The position numbers and the translations under genes were made by a program. Under the pieces are notes generated by a model. The model had not been told where the DNA came from. It worked only from the letters and a program-made list of their open reading frames with translations, and ran no database searches. This document shows positions 37,848 through 52,200 of a stretch of 64,000 bases of DNA, piece by piece. This stretch comes from Octopus vulgaris. Lineage: Eukaryota. Location of the stretch: the NCBI GenBank assembly GCA_951406725.2, contig OX597814.1, positions 63,364,001 to 63,428,000 on the forward strand, read 5' to 3'. The first letter of the stretch is position 1. Every line of letters begins with the position of its first letter.

Positions 37848-39540
37848 GTAAGTCTAGTTTTTTCATTTTTCGAATTATTTACTTATCGATTTTTAATCAA
37901 TGTGAGAGCACAGTCATTTATTTCAAAAGTGGTAAAACACAAGCTATAACCCTCATGCTTTCAGCATGTCATCAACGGAATGATTTAAGCTCAAACAGGA
38001 ACCGCAACAGTGTCACAGACAAGGTTCACTCGGAGTATATAAATGAGTTCTTCAGGACCTTGCCATATTTGTGTTTGAAGTAAACATACAATTGCATAAT
38101 GTTAAAAGGTTCAGTTGCATAATGTTAATATTTTTATTCGTAGTTCTTGGATGTTGATGATAAATTCTTTAATTACTTACATAAAATTTATATTCTTTAT
38201 ATTCTTTACATGTCTCAACGATTCGATTTAAATCTCAAATCACAAATGTTTCTTGCATGTGAATAGGTTTTAAAAAGGAGCTAAGTTTCTGGAAGATTAC
38301 CTAATGCTTTCTTGGTTTCCTGTATATTTGAAGACTTGAATTGCTCTTAGCATATGTCCACAAGGAAATTTGATTACGTTTCAGCTAAAATACCATGTAG
38401 GGAATCACTCCTTGACGCGAAACGTCAACAAATTGAATGAGCCATCGAAAGCAATGTACCGACAGGAACGTAATGAGTATTCAGAACAAAACTACGGAAA
38501 TAAAATTCCTGAAAGTTCAGCAAGAAGTATTTGGTGCAAATCATCATCGGAAATTTTATTTGGCTTCAGATTAATGCCATTTCACCTATTTTACATCGCT
38601 AAGATATGTCAGAAATCTATTTTCAATTCCATTTAAACTTAAGCGATGCTACTTAGATGAGAGAATCCAAACCTCTCTTTCCTTCTGCTCGTATTTTATT
38701 GAGTTTGAATTTATTCTTACATTTCTTTAAATCTGAAGAATATCACAATTGCAGTTATGTATCAAGAATCCTGCAGCTGTCAATGGGGCACATATATTAG
38801 CCAAGTCCCAAGTGTTTATTTGCTATCAACCTTATTTTTTGAGAGTAAATTGCTGACATTTGATAATAGTCTTAACATGAAGACTATAATCCGCATTTTC
38901 TTTGTAGACCTCTAATATTTAATACTTACCTAAGAATATGTTATTTTGTCTATCTTTTCCCTAAAAATTTTAACAGTAATTACAACTGTCACAAATTTAA
39001 TTGGTGTAAATTCACCATCATACCATCATAAATGCCAATTTTCTTTTCTAGGAATTAGTATTTATTTGCAAGTAGATCAAAATATTTTTAGTTCCATGTT
39101 TAAATTTGAAATCGTGGTCTTCATTAATATAACATGGGAGCAGGTAGAAAAGGAGTCTTGAATGAAAATCGAAATCATCTCGCAGACTCGCTAATATAGC
39201 AACATAAATCATATTTAACGGTGTTTGTAAAGTCGCCTATATATCAGTTGCATTCATTAACCTATGCAGAGTCATGGATCAACTGTCAACTCTTCTACAT
39301 AGATTAATCTTATGATGTCTGGCGATTATTATTGACACATAAACACAAAGCAACACACATAAGAAGACAGGCATTGAAAGTTATAAATGTCATACGATAT
39401 GCAAGAAAGCTTTGATCATGTTAACTGTGTCTATAGCTTGCAGAGTTTTAAAATATAACTTGACAGTTAGCTAGTGATCCATATATAACGTACATCCTCA
39501 TCATTACCGTTCTTTCAACTTTTTCTCTATCTGTCTGTCG

Positions 39541-39600
<60 letters not shown>

Positions 39601-41393
39601 TGGCATTCCGTCGGTTACGACGACGAGAGTTCCAGTTGATCCGATCATCGGAACAGCCTGCTTGCGAAAGTAACGTGCAAGCGGCTGAGTACTCTACAGA
39701 TATGTGTACCCTTAACGTAGACCTTGGGAAGATTCAGCGTGACACAGGATGTGACAAAGCTGGCCCTTTGAAATATATATATATATATCAACCACGATAG
39801 TGGTTGAATGTATTCTTAAGTCCACCATTTTTTCAATTGCAGCAGCTTCCAAGCTTCACCACAAATTCACTCCTCAACTAAGTTGCAAACTGTTGACAGT
39901 TTTAAAGAGGACACCTCCTCAGCTACGCTTTGGCATAAATAGCTTCAGATTTGGTTCAGTAGTAAAAAAGTTACATCAAAATATCTGCGACCTCAAGGGA
40001 GGCAGCAAGGCACCTATTCACCTTAAATTAACATAAACTTTTTAATTTTAAAATATAAGTATACTTTTCTTAAGCTTAAATGATAGAAAAATGTATGAGG
40101 AATTCACAGTTGTATGAAAAGTTATGGGGTGAAATACCACGAAATTTCGTGTAAGTAAGAGAGAGAGAGAGTAACGCTTATCAATAAGAATATTAAAGAA
40201 TATAATGCTAAAGTGAATACTTATTGTTCTAACACGGTGAACTGGCAGAAATGTTAGCGTCCCGGTCGAAATGTTTGACGGCATTTCGCCTATTGTATGC
40301 TTTGAGTTCAAATTCAGCTGAGATCTGCTTTGCTTTTTATCCATTTCGGATCTATTCAATTTGACGTACAGATTATTTAATTAATTTTTTAAAACTAAAT
40401 ACTCTGAAACTTCCGATACTGGTACAAAGTGTCACATAAAACAGGGTTTGCTCTTATCGTTTCTGACAAAATTTTGCATTTTAGAAGATATTTTGTCACA
40501 AGTTACAGAGTGTCAATGGGCAAATTCGTATTTGATAACTGCCAATACACGAAATTCTCAGTTTTGACTTACTCTCTAACTTCTGCCGATGATATATATG
40601 TATATTATACATATATGTGTAAAGGAATTTCATTACCCAATCAAACCAATGAAAGAGTCTCTACTTGGTCGCCCGAAACGCTAAAAATAACAGCCAATGT
40701 ATCCCCCTGCTCAGTATTTTATAAGGGAAAATCCTAAAATCCTAAAATCCTGACACATTACTAATTATCTTATAACAGCAATGCCTTGAAAAATCATGGA
40801 TTACATGGAAAAATGCGAGTATGAAAAGTAATATTCCTGGAAACGTACAGGACAAGTTATACTTATTACAACTGTAAAAGTATAGGACAAACTATTGCTT
40901 CAAATAAAGTAAAGAATAAGAAACTTTTTACTTAATAGATTGCAACTAAAATTAAAATTTGAATATTAAAATATATTTTATTATAGTTTACAAATAACAC
41001 TATATTTATTTAAATAAAATTTGGCTAATTTACTACCCTAAATACAGAAAAAAGTGACTAATTAGACAAAGTTACAAATTAGCTGAACAGTTCTGTACAA
41101 TAAATTTAAAAGATGAGAAATGTAAAAATGAGGACCGTAAATTAGAAGAACTGGCATTCTTTGCTGCAATATTTTTAAGTAAAAATTTTCTTACATCAAC
41201 ATCCAGTTCTTGAATTATACTCATTTTATCGGTCCTAAAAGGATAAATGGCGAAGTTGACCTCGATGTTGACAAATTCGAACCTACGCGCTCTTATGTAT
41301 GTAGGTATTTATACACTATATATATGTGGGTGTGGTTTTGGTGCGTTAGTGTGAATGTGTGTGTATGTATATGTAGGAATCTACCTATCCATC

Positions 41394-41505
<112 letters not shown>

Positions 41506-42326
41506 ACTCTGTCTGTCTATCTGTATGTACGCATGTTACTCTTTTGATCCCGAATTCATTCATTATTTGTACTTTCTTTTTCTCATTTATTTTTCATTCT
41601 AATTTTTAAAATTGTAATACTATTTGTATAAATTACAATATGATGTATATATCTACCAATAACTCTATTTCTATTTTAACGTTATGATTTCATTTGCAAG
41701 ACTAAGTTTTACTCTATGGTAGTCCCTTAGGACTAGGTCTTTGTTGTCACTACCAAGAGGAAACAAATATATTCAATACAATTTCCTAAATTAAAACAAA
41801 CACGATAGATTTCTAAACTCAGCACAAAGATGAAACGAGATGAAATTTAATTATGGTGTTCATGTCTTACTCTGTCTTATAAATTATACAGAGGAGCACT
41901 TCCATTTTGATAATAAATAGATATTGTTATTCCAGTCCGCTGTACAAAATCTGAATCATGGATTATATACGATGTATCACGCGGGCACCTAATTATTTCT
42001 TTCTTCAGATAACTTTTTTTGCGTTGCATAAATATTGTCACATAGTTTTTAAAGTATATAAATTAACTAAGAAATATTCTTTGTTCATGCACGATCACAC
42101 TCTTAAACATGTACGAGCTAACACAAAATTGCACATGATATATTCATGAGAAACTTAGTTACTGTTTAAAAAAAGACAAACCTCTCAACCACACAATAGG
42201 TACATCCAGTCTACTAATTAGGAAATTCTTCTTCTTCTTCTTCTTCTTCTTCTTCTTCTTCTTCTTCTTCTTCTTCTTCTTCTTCTTCTTCTTCTTCTTC
42301 TTCTTCTTCTACTACTACTACTACTT

Positions 42327-44100
42327 CGTCTGCCATTACGTTCTGAGTTCAAATTCCACCGAAGTCGACTTTGCCTTTCATCCTTTCGGGGTCGATTAAA
42401 TAAGTACCAGTTACGCACTGGGGTCGATATAATCAACTTAATCCATTTTTCTGTCCTTGTTTGCCCCCTCTGTATAGCCCCTTGTGGGCAGTAAAGAAAT
42501 AAAGAACGTTAGCAGACCGGGTGAAATGTCTGTCTTTACGTTCTGAGTTCACATTCTGCCGTGATCGACTTTGCCTTTCATCCTTTCGGGGTCAATAAAT
42601 TAAGTACCAGTTGCATACTGAGGTCTACCTAATCGTCTGGTCCCCTCCCTCCAAATTTCGGGCCTTGGGCCTAGAGAAGAAAAGATTATAATTACAAAAG
42701 AGGCTAACTGATAGAGCATCGGACAAAATGCTTTACGACATCAATCTTTCCGGTAGTTAAAATTTTTATCTGAAATACCATCGAGGTCAACTTTGCTATT
42801 TATCCTTTCAGGATCGATGAAATAAGTATAAGTCAAGAACTGGGGTTGATGCAATCGACTAACCCATCTCTTTAAATCGCTCTGTCATGTCACAAAATTT
42901 GACACGATATGCTCATTACACTGAGGGATTTGTCACAGTATGGCCTTAGCCAGGATGGGCGAAACGAAAGAGGGAACTTATCAGAATGATAGATTAGCTG
43001 CATTTGTATGGTCGCATTTTAATTCTTTGCATTATTTAGCTATACCGATTTGTTTTCTGACTTTTGATTTTTCCTTCTTGCCCTAAGGGGTCAATTCAAG
43101 AAAGTACTACTGTGTTAATTCGAGTCAATGATATTGATAGCTCCCCTCCCCTCAAAGTTTTGTCTGCTGCTAAATTTTAAAATCTTTCTTATTATTGCTG
43201 GCTTAAGGAAGGGGGTAAACTGACAGAATCATTTATATGCTTCACCAAGGGCAAAAAATTTCTGAGTCGAAATGCAGACAAGGCTGACTTAGAGCCTTTC
43301 ACTTTTCTCGGTCGATAATAGCATATTAGTGTCGACTAAATTTTCAGAGTCGTTAGCAGGCCTGGCAAAATGCTTAGCGACGTTTCGTCCGTCTTTACGT
43401 TGAGTTCAAATTCTGCCGAGGTCAACTTTGCTTTTCATCCTTTAAAAGTTGATAAAATATATACCAGTTGAGCACTAGGGCCGATATAACAAACTTACCC
43501 TCTCCTCCGAAATTGCTAGCATTGTACCAAAATTTGAAATCAATATTACTCTGTGGTTTAAGTCAAATACTGGGCACGGAATTAATTGACTAACCATTCC
43601 CTTCAAATATCTGAGCTTGTGCAAAAATGAAAAAAAAAAAGAAGCTATTTATGCTGTTATCACATTCTTCATCACTATATTCATCATAACATGCATCCGG
43701 ATAAAGGCAGGCAGCTGGCAGAAGTTTTAATTCGTCGGACCAAATGCTTAGCAGAATTGTTAGCACGCCAGACAAAACGTTTAGAGGCATTTCTTCTGAC
43801 GCATTACGTTCTGTTTTCAAATTCCGCTGAAGCCGAATTTCCCTTCATAATTTAGTGGGGCTCAATATATTAAGTACCATTTGTTCAGAGGATCTGATGC
43901 AATCGTTAGAGCATCGGACAAAATGCTAAGGAGTATTTCTTCCAATTCATTACCTTTTGAATTCAAATTCCGTCGAGATCGATATGCCATTTCTCTTTTC
44001 GAAGTTGATAAAATAAGTAGCAGTTGGGTAAAAGGGTCGATGTTATCCTCTAACTGTCACTCACTAAAATTGCTGGGTATGTGTTAAAAACTTTGAAAGA
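42327..44100 (+). mobile_element. Cluster of same-orientation copies of the most abundant SINE family
   Basis: Repeated GTTCTGAGTTCAAATTCCGCCGAGGTCGACTTTGCCTTTCATCCTTTCGGGGTCGATAAAATAAGTACCAGTT. Other copies at approx. 1340-1535 -, 17820-17980 -, 20165-20365 -, 23345-23480 -, 40235-40350 +, 46140-46550 -, 49035-49212 -, 49250-49400 +, 53570-53750 +. Confidence 0.85.
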
Positions 44101-44610
44101 AATATTCATCCGGATCAGTATCTTCCAGGTGTCGAGTTAGTAAAATATACGCACTGGTATTAATAAATATTACAGAGATTAACAGCGATCAAGTAGACAG
44201 AAATCAATTATAATTGCTCGATATGTCTGCTGAGATACATCAAATCAGAAAGGGGTTATGGCGAGGTTGCGCTAAGGTTATATATACTCAGGCTGAGATA
44301 TATGTAGTCTGAAGATCTATTTGCAAACATATATTTAATATCTAGATCTTGAATACCATCAACCAGAGATAAAATTGATACTAATTCTATATTTTATCGA
44401 GGATTTCATGTTAATCGTATGCGATATTGGGTTTATGAATTTGAATATAGTTATACGTATCTATATTTACATATATACATACATACATACACACCCAAAA
44501 TCACGCACACACACACACACACACACATACAAATATATACACACATACAGGTAAGAAAGTGAGAGGGTGAAACTGATATATGTCTGTATCCATATGTATT
44601 TGCTCACTTA

Positions 44611-44656
<46 letters not shown>

Positions 44657-47197
44657 TGTATGAATGTATCTATGTATGTATCTGTGTATATTATTCGATT
44701 TATCATTAATGGCTAGGACTATATGAGAACCTCTTAATAAGCTTATCTCGGAAATCCTAATAGCACCAGCTTTTGCTTTTATTTTCTTTCTGTCTATAAT
44801 TCGTCGAGCACACACCTCTTAAGCACAGTTATGTTCAACATTATTATGACTATTAAAAAACTTAATATCTGGGGAATGTAATGCATTATATTACCGACTA
44901 TTCATAAATGAAAAAGATTTTCTTTCCTTCTAGTAAGTCTAAAAGAACAGTACGCAGATTAATCACAAAACTGTCTAAATTGAACATTTATTTTACCGGC
45001 AAGAAATTGGAAAAAAAATTGTGGATATTTAGATAGGAAATAATCTACGCTCTGAAATAAAACAAAAGACTGGCCTCCCGGAAATGATAAACAACTCTTC
45101 AAATGTATGTAGTGTATATACAAAGCAGAAATAATTTCAAGAGCTGGTTAATGTAATAAACACAACCATTGTAAAATAAATCTTTTATCTTTTACTTTTT
45201 ATGTGTTGTAATCATTGGACTCTGGCCATGCTGGGGTACCAACTTGAAGAATTCAGCCGAGCAAATCAACCCCAATATTTAATTTTGGAGAACATCTAAG
45301 TGATGGGAACGTAAATAGCCAAAACAGATTGTGTAGCGGTGGTGGAGGACGATTAAAAAGACACACATGCATACATGATGGTCTTCCACACAGACTCTGC
45401 TAAGCAAATTCACCCAGAAGGCATTGCTGGTAAGTCCGGAGCTATAGTGAAAGCATTTGGCTATGGAGGTGCGTGGGATTGAACCCAAAGCCACGCCGTT
45501 GCAAAGCGAGCTTCGTAACACTGCACCTACGTCTGAGCCCATGACCCACGCTTCCGCCTATATATCACTATTAAGTTTGTACATATAGTAAAATTCGTGA
45601 AAAATGATTGTAGTATTCCATCCACCCTTCCTTCCTTCCTTCCTTCCTTCCTTCCTTCCTTCCTTCCTTCCTTTCATCCATCCATCCATCCATCCATCTA
45701 TCCATCCATCTATCATTCAATCAATCCATTTCCGCGAACTATTCCAGGCTGGGTCTTATAGAAAGAGTTCTGAGGCACGAGGACCGGTCAGAAGAAACCG
45801 TCGTTAGACTTACGGTTGGATTCCCAACCATCTTGTCTTGCTCTATCCTTAGGTCTTCTAGGTTTCAAGAATACATTTGAAATTCTTTCTTGTCACATTC
45901 TAATCATATGGCTGTAGTACCGGTACTGTGACCCGTCAATAGGGAGTGACTCGACCTTTGAAGAGACCCTAATCTCAGAGCTACGCTCTGTCGAGAAGTG
46001 GGAATTAGCAGAAAGGACGGGACATGAATTTACTGCAGAGAAAATCTGAAAAGAAAATTCTGCCAATTGGATTCGCTCTTCCGCTTCATTTCCGATTCTA
46101 ACTTAAAATGAAGAGGAGTAATAGTATTTTCTTAGCTTGACACAAAGCCAGCCATTTTAGGGGGACGGGATAAGTTGATTACATCGGCCCTGGTGCTCAA
46201 CTGGTACACATATTCTCCACACCAAAAGGATGAAAGGCAACGTCGACCTCGGAGGACTTTGAACTCAAAATATACAGACAGATGCAATGTCGCCAAGCAT
46301 TATGTCCAGAGTGCTCGACTGCTACTTATTTTATCGACCCCTCAAGAATGAAAGGTAGAGTCCACTCCGGAGTAATTTGAATTCAGAACGTAAGGGGTAA
46401 GTAGATTACGTAGACCCTGATACTCACGCTCCTGTAAGGATGAAAGGTGAAGTCGATCCCGGTGTTTGTTGAACTCAGAGCTTAAAAACAAACTAAGTGC
46501 CACCAAACATTTTGTCCAGTATGCTAACGATGGTGCCAGCTCAATACCTTCTAGGCGAGTTATATTGATTTCAAATTATGGCACAAGGCCGGCAGGTTTG
46601 GAATCAACACATCACACATGGTGGCTAACCATTTTACTAATGGTGGTAAGAAACAGACTTCGCTAGCAAGGTTCAGAAAAGTATTCGTGAAACGAAATTC
46701 TTCGAAGCTAAAATCCCTCCTGGGTGAGATTGAGATATGTTCTGTTTGTGCCCGAAAGGGGTCAGTTTATGTACAATTTACGTTCACTAATCAGCAAGAG
46801 AGGAAAGTCATGGCTTCAACGTGCTTTCTCGCATGAGGGCAGCGACTAAATGTTTCACTTTTGGAATTTGATAAGGCCTCTAGATATATATATTTATATA
46901 TACATACAAATATATGTGTCTCTAATCGTGTACTGGCTTCCACTGCATAAGGGTCCGACCCTTTTGGGCACCTTTCTCTCGATTCATCTTAGAGGCTGTA
47001 GTCCCCGTTTTTGAATCGTCAAAAGCATCTTCCGCATGTGCTTTCAGTAACTGTGCCATGACCATAAGTTCTGAAGTGATTTTGGTATTTGAATAAATCT
47101 ATTACAAAGTTGAAAAAGCCCAAATCAAATTCTCCTATATATGTGTGTGTATATGCCTGTGTATATATGATTTGACTTTGTTTTACTCTATTTTCAG

Positions 47198-47313
47198 GAG
47201 CCTACTACTGTCTAAACATGATACTTATCACTCTGTCCACATTCTTGTCCGTCATTGTGGTCAATCTATATTTCCACGGATCACGATCACGAGTGCCACC
47301 TATCGTGAAAAAG
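47198..47313 (+). CDS. nAChR exon (116 nt): M3 and start of intracellular loop
   Basis: ttttcag|GA GCC TAC...AAA AAG|gtttgt. Encodes (G)AYYCLNMILITLSTFLSVIVVNLYFHGSRSRVPPIVKK. Not in the frame reported by the ORF track. Confidence 0.94.
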
Positions 47314-48149
47314 GTTTGTCCATTTATCTCTATCTTTATGTACGTGTACTTTCAATCATAGGTGTATGTAAACGTATGACTCTGTTATGTAGTATACATG
47401 TGTTTACATGTACTTTACGTAAATGCGTAAGTTTAATTATGCAATATCTCTTTTATTACAATCAGTATGGATTAGCTGATACTTTGAATGACAGACAAAA
47501 TGTCTAGTGATATTTCTTGCAAATGTTTTCATCTGGCATTAATCTTATGTTTCAACTTTCCGGTTTAAATAACATACAAGATAAATATAGTTATGACTAT
47601 CTGTAAATGTTTAAACTTTGGTAATTTATGGATATTTTGTAAGCTTCTTAAAATATATCTACCCCGCCCTTAATAGTGTTTATTACTTATATGTACATGA
47701 TACATGTAATTAGAATAATGCTTTATAAAGAAAATAATATTCTAGTCACATACTGGCGTCAGTTTGATATATGATACTCTCCAACAAAAATGTACATGTC
47801 TGTATGCGAATGCTAGAAATCTGTTATTTACAGTATATTTTAAATTATACAGCAAAGAGTATATCTCTTAGGTTTTAACAAACAATTAAAAATAATATGT
47901 GGTTTATATAATCACCGTTTTCTCTATGACATCTTCCCATCTGTCAATCGGCTTTTTAATGTCACATTCATAAATTATTTAGGTTTAGAAATGAAAAAGG
48001 AAATTAACTCATTTTCAACTTCTGCTCTTAAAGTAGGTCTTAATCCATTTAAATGATTTTGTAAACTTCGAAACCATGGTAATTTGTAGATCCGTAGAAT
48101 ATGGTGGGTGATGCATAATTTTCCCGGCATATTTTTTTAGACCTTTGAC

Positions 48150-48770
48150 ACATGATGGTTCCTATTATGTTTGTTAATGATGGACGTTTTTGCAGCAAAG
48201 CTACTTTCTAATGTGCTAGCTGTTGGCATTGTACATCAACTCTTATTGCTTGGTTATCGTCTAGCAGCTCAAGATGAGTTATTCCAAGCATAACCAACCA
48301 TGAACATAGAAGAATTTACTTGGTTTTTCACCACGAATGAGACGCAGATGTTTTTGCTTAACATTATGATAACGTATCAATTCTTCACCTCCAGTAATGA
48401 CTCTATCCAAAAGTGGCATTTACAGCTTACGAGATCGCAATGATGCATAGCGCTCAACACTTCTTTTGCGATTGTCTGCGTGATCCATTTTCCCACCTTT
48501 AACACTTTACCAAGCCATTTCAATTCATGATGAACGGTGCTTAGTTTCGGAACTATAGCAGTCAGGTTTGTTTCAACAGTGGCTTCCAGTATATCAAGAT
48601 CCAACCTTCTTGGGCACTACCCTTCTGTTGATTTATCTAGCAGCCTGTAGTCCTCGTTTTTGAATCGTGAAAGCAATCTACTGCATGTTCTTGCAGTTAC
48701 TACTCCATCACCATAACTGTTATGGAGTGATTTTGCTGCTACACCTGCACTATTTCCCTTTTGAAATTCA
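48150..48770 (-). mobile_element. Decayed Tc1/mariner transposase remnant
   Basis: HTH-like YGDGVVTARTCSRLLSRFKNEDYRLLDK, LGKVLKVGKWI (WVPHEL region) and LDRVITGGEELIRYHN (degenerate ITGDEKW..Y.N). No TIRs recognised. Confidence 0.65.
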
Positions 48771-48851
48771 TGGGTTGATTGCTTGGAGTGAACACTGGGG
48801 CCAATACAACAAATGCAGTTATGATAAAATTGACAAAATCTCAAAGATAAT

Positions 48852-48899
<48 letters not shown>

Positions 48900-49548
48900 T
48901 TTGACGTATTTCAAATGGAATTAAGAAGTTAAAACCCGTTACATCTAACTAGAAATTTACTTACAAAGCTGACAAAGCTTTCGTTACAAACTGTTGCTTA
49001 ACTATCAGTAATTTTTAATATTGATTTTACGTTTTGACACACGGTCAGCGGTTTCGGGGTTAGGCGTATGCTGATTACAACGACCCAGTGATCAACTGGT
49101 ACTTATTTTATCGTCTCCTTAAGGATGAAATGTAAAGTTGACCTCGGTGGAGTTAGAACTTCGAGCTAAGCATTTTGCCCAGCATGCTAACGATTCTGCC
49201 AGCTCACCGCCTTATTGTCAGCAATCTTTAATATTGTGTGTATATATAAGTTGGTGCGCTGGCAGAATGTTGTCCAGCAAGATACTGAGCGGCATTTTGT
49301 CTGGTTTTATGTACTCTGTTCAAACTCTACTGAAGTTGACTTTACCTTTCATGCCTTCGAGGTCGTCCCAAAAATTGCTGGCCAAAATTTGAAACCATTA
49401 TGTGTATACGATACAGATGAAAATTAGAATCAACTTTCAGGAATAATATCTTGGCCATTGACTGTTCAATATATACATATTTGTGCTTTACTGTTTGAAT
49501 ATGTGTCATATATACATGCATTTAAGTTTTCCATATTTTCTTTTCTAG

Positions 49549-50085
49549 GTGATGGTTGATTTTTTCGGTCGAATGCTCTGCATGCAAACACAGTTACTCA
49601 CCAAAGAAGAGCTGCTGGCACTGAGGTGTAGAAAAAGAAAAAATAGCAAATCGAGCAAAGATAGGAAAAAAATGCAAGAAATCAAATACGACAAAGTAGG
49701 AACTTTCGAAATGCAAACCGAAGACAATTGGGTTCGAAACCGAAACCCAACTTTAGCATCTGCTTTAGCGCCAATTGTCAATGGTACAACTAGTCTTGCT
49801 GGCGCTACAGCTATAGCACCGGCCTCTGATATTGAACAACAGTGTAATGACGGAAATCAAGGCCCTTGGCAGGCAATCAATACGTTGGAAGGTGATGTTA
49901 AAGAAATTAGAAGACACCTGCAGGAAATGACAGACAAAGTTAGTGAAAAAGAAGCGGGCGAAATAATAGCCCGAGAATGGAAGCACGTGGCCTTAGTTCT
50001 GGATCGTATATTTTTTTTTATGTATCTCTCTTGCATCGTCGCATCCATCATGGTTATATTTCCTAAAGTCGCTTACCATTTATAA
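49549..50085 (+). CDS. nAChR terminal coding exon: M3-M4 loop, MA helix, M4, stop
   Basis: ttttcttttctag|GTG ATG... The ORF contains EWKHVALVLDRIFFFMYLSCIVASIMVIF (conserved W...A.V.DR M4 motif) and ends in TAA at 50083-50085. Confidence 0.95.
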   Translation: MMVDFFGRMLCMQTQLLTKEELLALRCRKRKNSKSSKDRKKMQEIKYDKVGTFEMQTEDNWVRNRNPTLASALAPIVNGTTSLAGATAIAPASDIEQQCNDGNQGPWQAINTLEGDVKEIRRHLQEMTDKVSEKEAGEIIAREWKHVALVLDRIFFFMYLSCIVASIMVIFPKVAYHL

Positions 50086-50778
50086 AACAGACAGAAAAAC
50101 AGATTGGAAAATAAGATGAGATAAATATGAGCAAAAAAAAGACTAAACAAAACAAAAGAAAACAAATACACATTCATAATGAGTGACATGAAAATGGATA
50201 ATATAAAATATGGTGATGACGATGATGAAGAAAACGACGGCGACGACGACATTGATGATGACGATGACGATGTTGATGAGGAACACGACAATAATGAAAA
50301 TATAAAGAAATATAGAAAAAAGAAAATGAAATCAGTAGAAATATAAAGTGTAACAATATCCGAAAGTATGAACTAAACACGAATAAGAGCATATATTATA
50401 ATAAGATCACAACACAATGTATTAACACTAATAATTTCTAACATAGACAAGACGTCGAACGTCTATTTTTGTGTGGAGGGGTGGAGTATAATCCTTTGAC
50501 TGAAGCAAAATACATAACTGGTACTTACTTTATCAAACCACAATGAACAAGGTAAACGACATCGGATGGATTTGATTTCACCAAAGCATATGCGCCACTC
50601 TACCAGACACCATGCACCGAAAAGGGTGTAAGGCAATAATAGATATAAACTTGTTCTTTTATATTATATATAATATATATCTTTTTTTAAGTAATAATAA
50701 AAATGATGCTAGTAAACAGGTAAGCTGGACCTTCAGTGTACGACAGAATAAACATACATACATATATACATACATATG

Positions 50779-50837
<59 letters not shown>

Positions 50838-51033
50838 TTGTGTGTGTGTGTGTATGTATGTATATATGTAGATACACACACACACATATATATACATATA
50901 TACGTATACATAAATATATATATACACGGGCATGTGTATGCATGCATGTACATGCATACATATATATATGTATGTATATGTATATATGTACATGTATATG
51001 TATATATATATATATATACATATATATGTATAC

Positions 51034-51121
<88 letters not shown>

Positions 51122-51697
51122 CGTAAATATATATTCATGAGTATATATGCAAGCAGATATATGTATGTGTGTGTGCGTGCGTGTGAGTGTGTGCGTGTGT
51201 CTATACACATAAGTGCTGATAAAATATAATACCTATTGTGGCCTAAAACATTTCTTATGAAGCAACTGCGGAAAGGGAAAAAATGCATTTAAAAAGTTAG
51301 ATACTTAAACTACAGTAGCATGCGTTGACAATACCCATTGGTGAATGCAAAAACAATTTGGAACATGATTGCGATTCGTTTCATCATTTCAAAAGTAATT
51401 ACATAAGGTGAACAAAAGAAAAGGTATGGAATCATAACAAAATTATGTATATCTCCAATGTAATTAAAGTTAATGTAATTGAAACCTTTTCATCAATAAG
51501 GCTAAGTCGCGAGACACTGGGAGCCTTGTATTTAGTACCCTGTATAAGTGCATATATCTATATCAAAACATATAGACAATCATATACGCATACATGATTA
51601 CACTCAACGCGCGCGCACACACATACGCACAGACACTCATATATCTATAAATGTATATAATTTTTTTCCACAAATATATCTATATGTGCTTGTTTTA

Positions 51698-51777
<80 letters not shown>

Positions 51778-51859
51778 AACTCTCTTGACATTCTGAAAAT
51801 CGTAATGTGGTTCTTCGGGCAATGCGGGCTAATTGGCTCACCTTAAAAATCCGGATATC

Positions 51860-52200
51860 TTAAACAGGGTAAAGACCCCCTTTGGTCATGAGTAACCATG
51901 GAACTGCACTTAGAAAGTTACCCTCCGAGGCACAAATCCGAGCAATGTTGTTTATGGAAGACAAGCAGTCGTCCATGCATACAAGTTTCCCCTCTTCACG
52001 CCACCGATGTTATCCAAGGGAAAGGCAAAGGCCGATACAGCTTGGTATCAGTGACATCACGGCTCATTTCTACAGATGAGGGAACTGGAGCAACGCGAAG
52101 TAAAGTGTCTCGCTCAAGAACGCAACACTCAGTCCGGAAATCGTACTCACTAGCTCATGAATGTGAGCCCGACGCTCTTACTATTGAGCCATACGCCTTC
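51860..52200 (-). mobile_element. tRNA-derived SINE, further family (related head at approx. 36165-36430 +)
   Basis: Minus strand head GAAGGCGTATGGCTCAATAGTAAGAGCG..GAGTACGATTTCC, then CTTGAGCGAGACACTTTACTTCGCGTTGCTCCAGT. Lies about 1.8 kb after the stop codon. Confidence 0.6.

Noticed and set aside
50179-50346. Short acidic ORF (DDDDEENDGDDD...) just after the stop codon
   Set aside because: Looks like a degenerate (GAT/GAC)n repeat in the 3' UTR; not reachable by simple readthrough because another stop intervenes.
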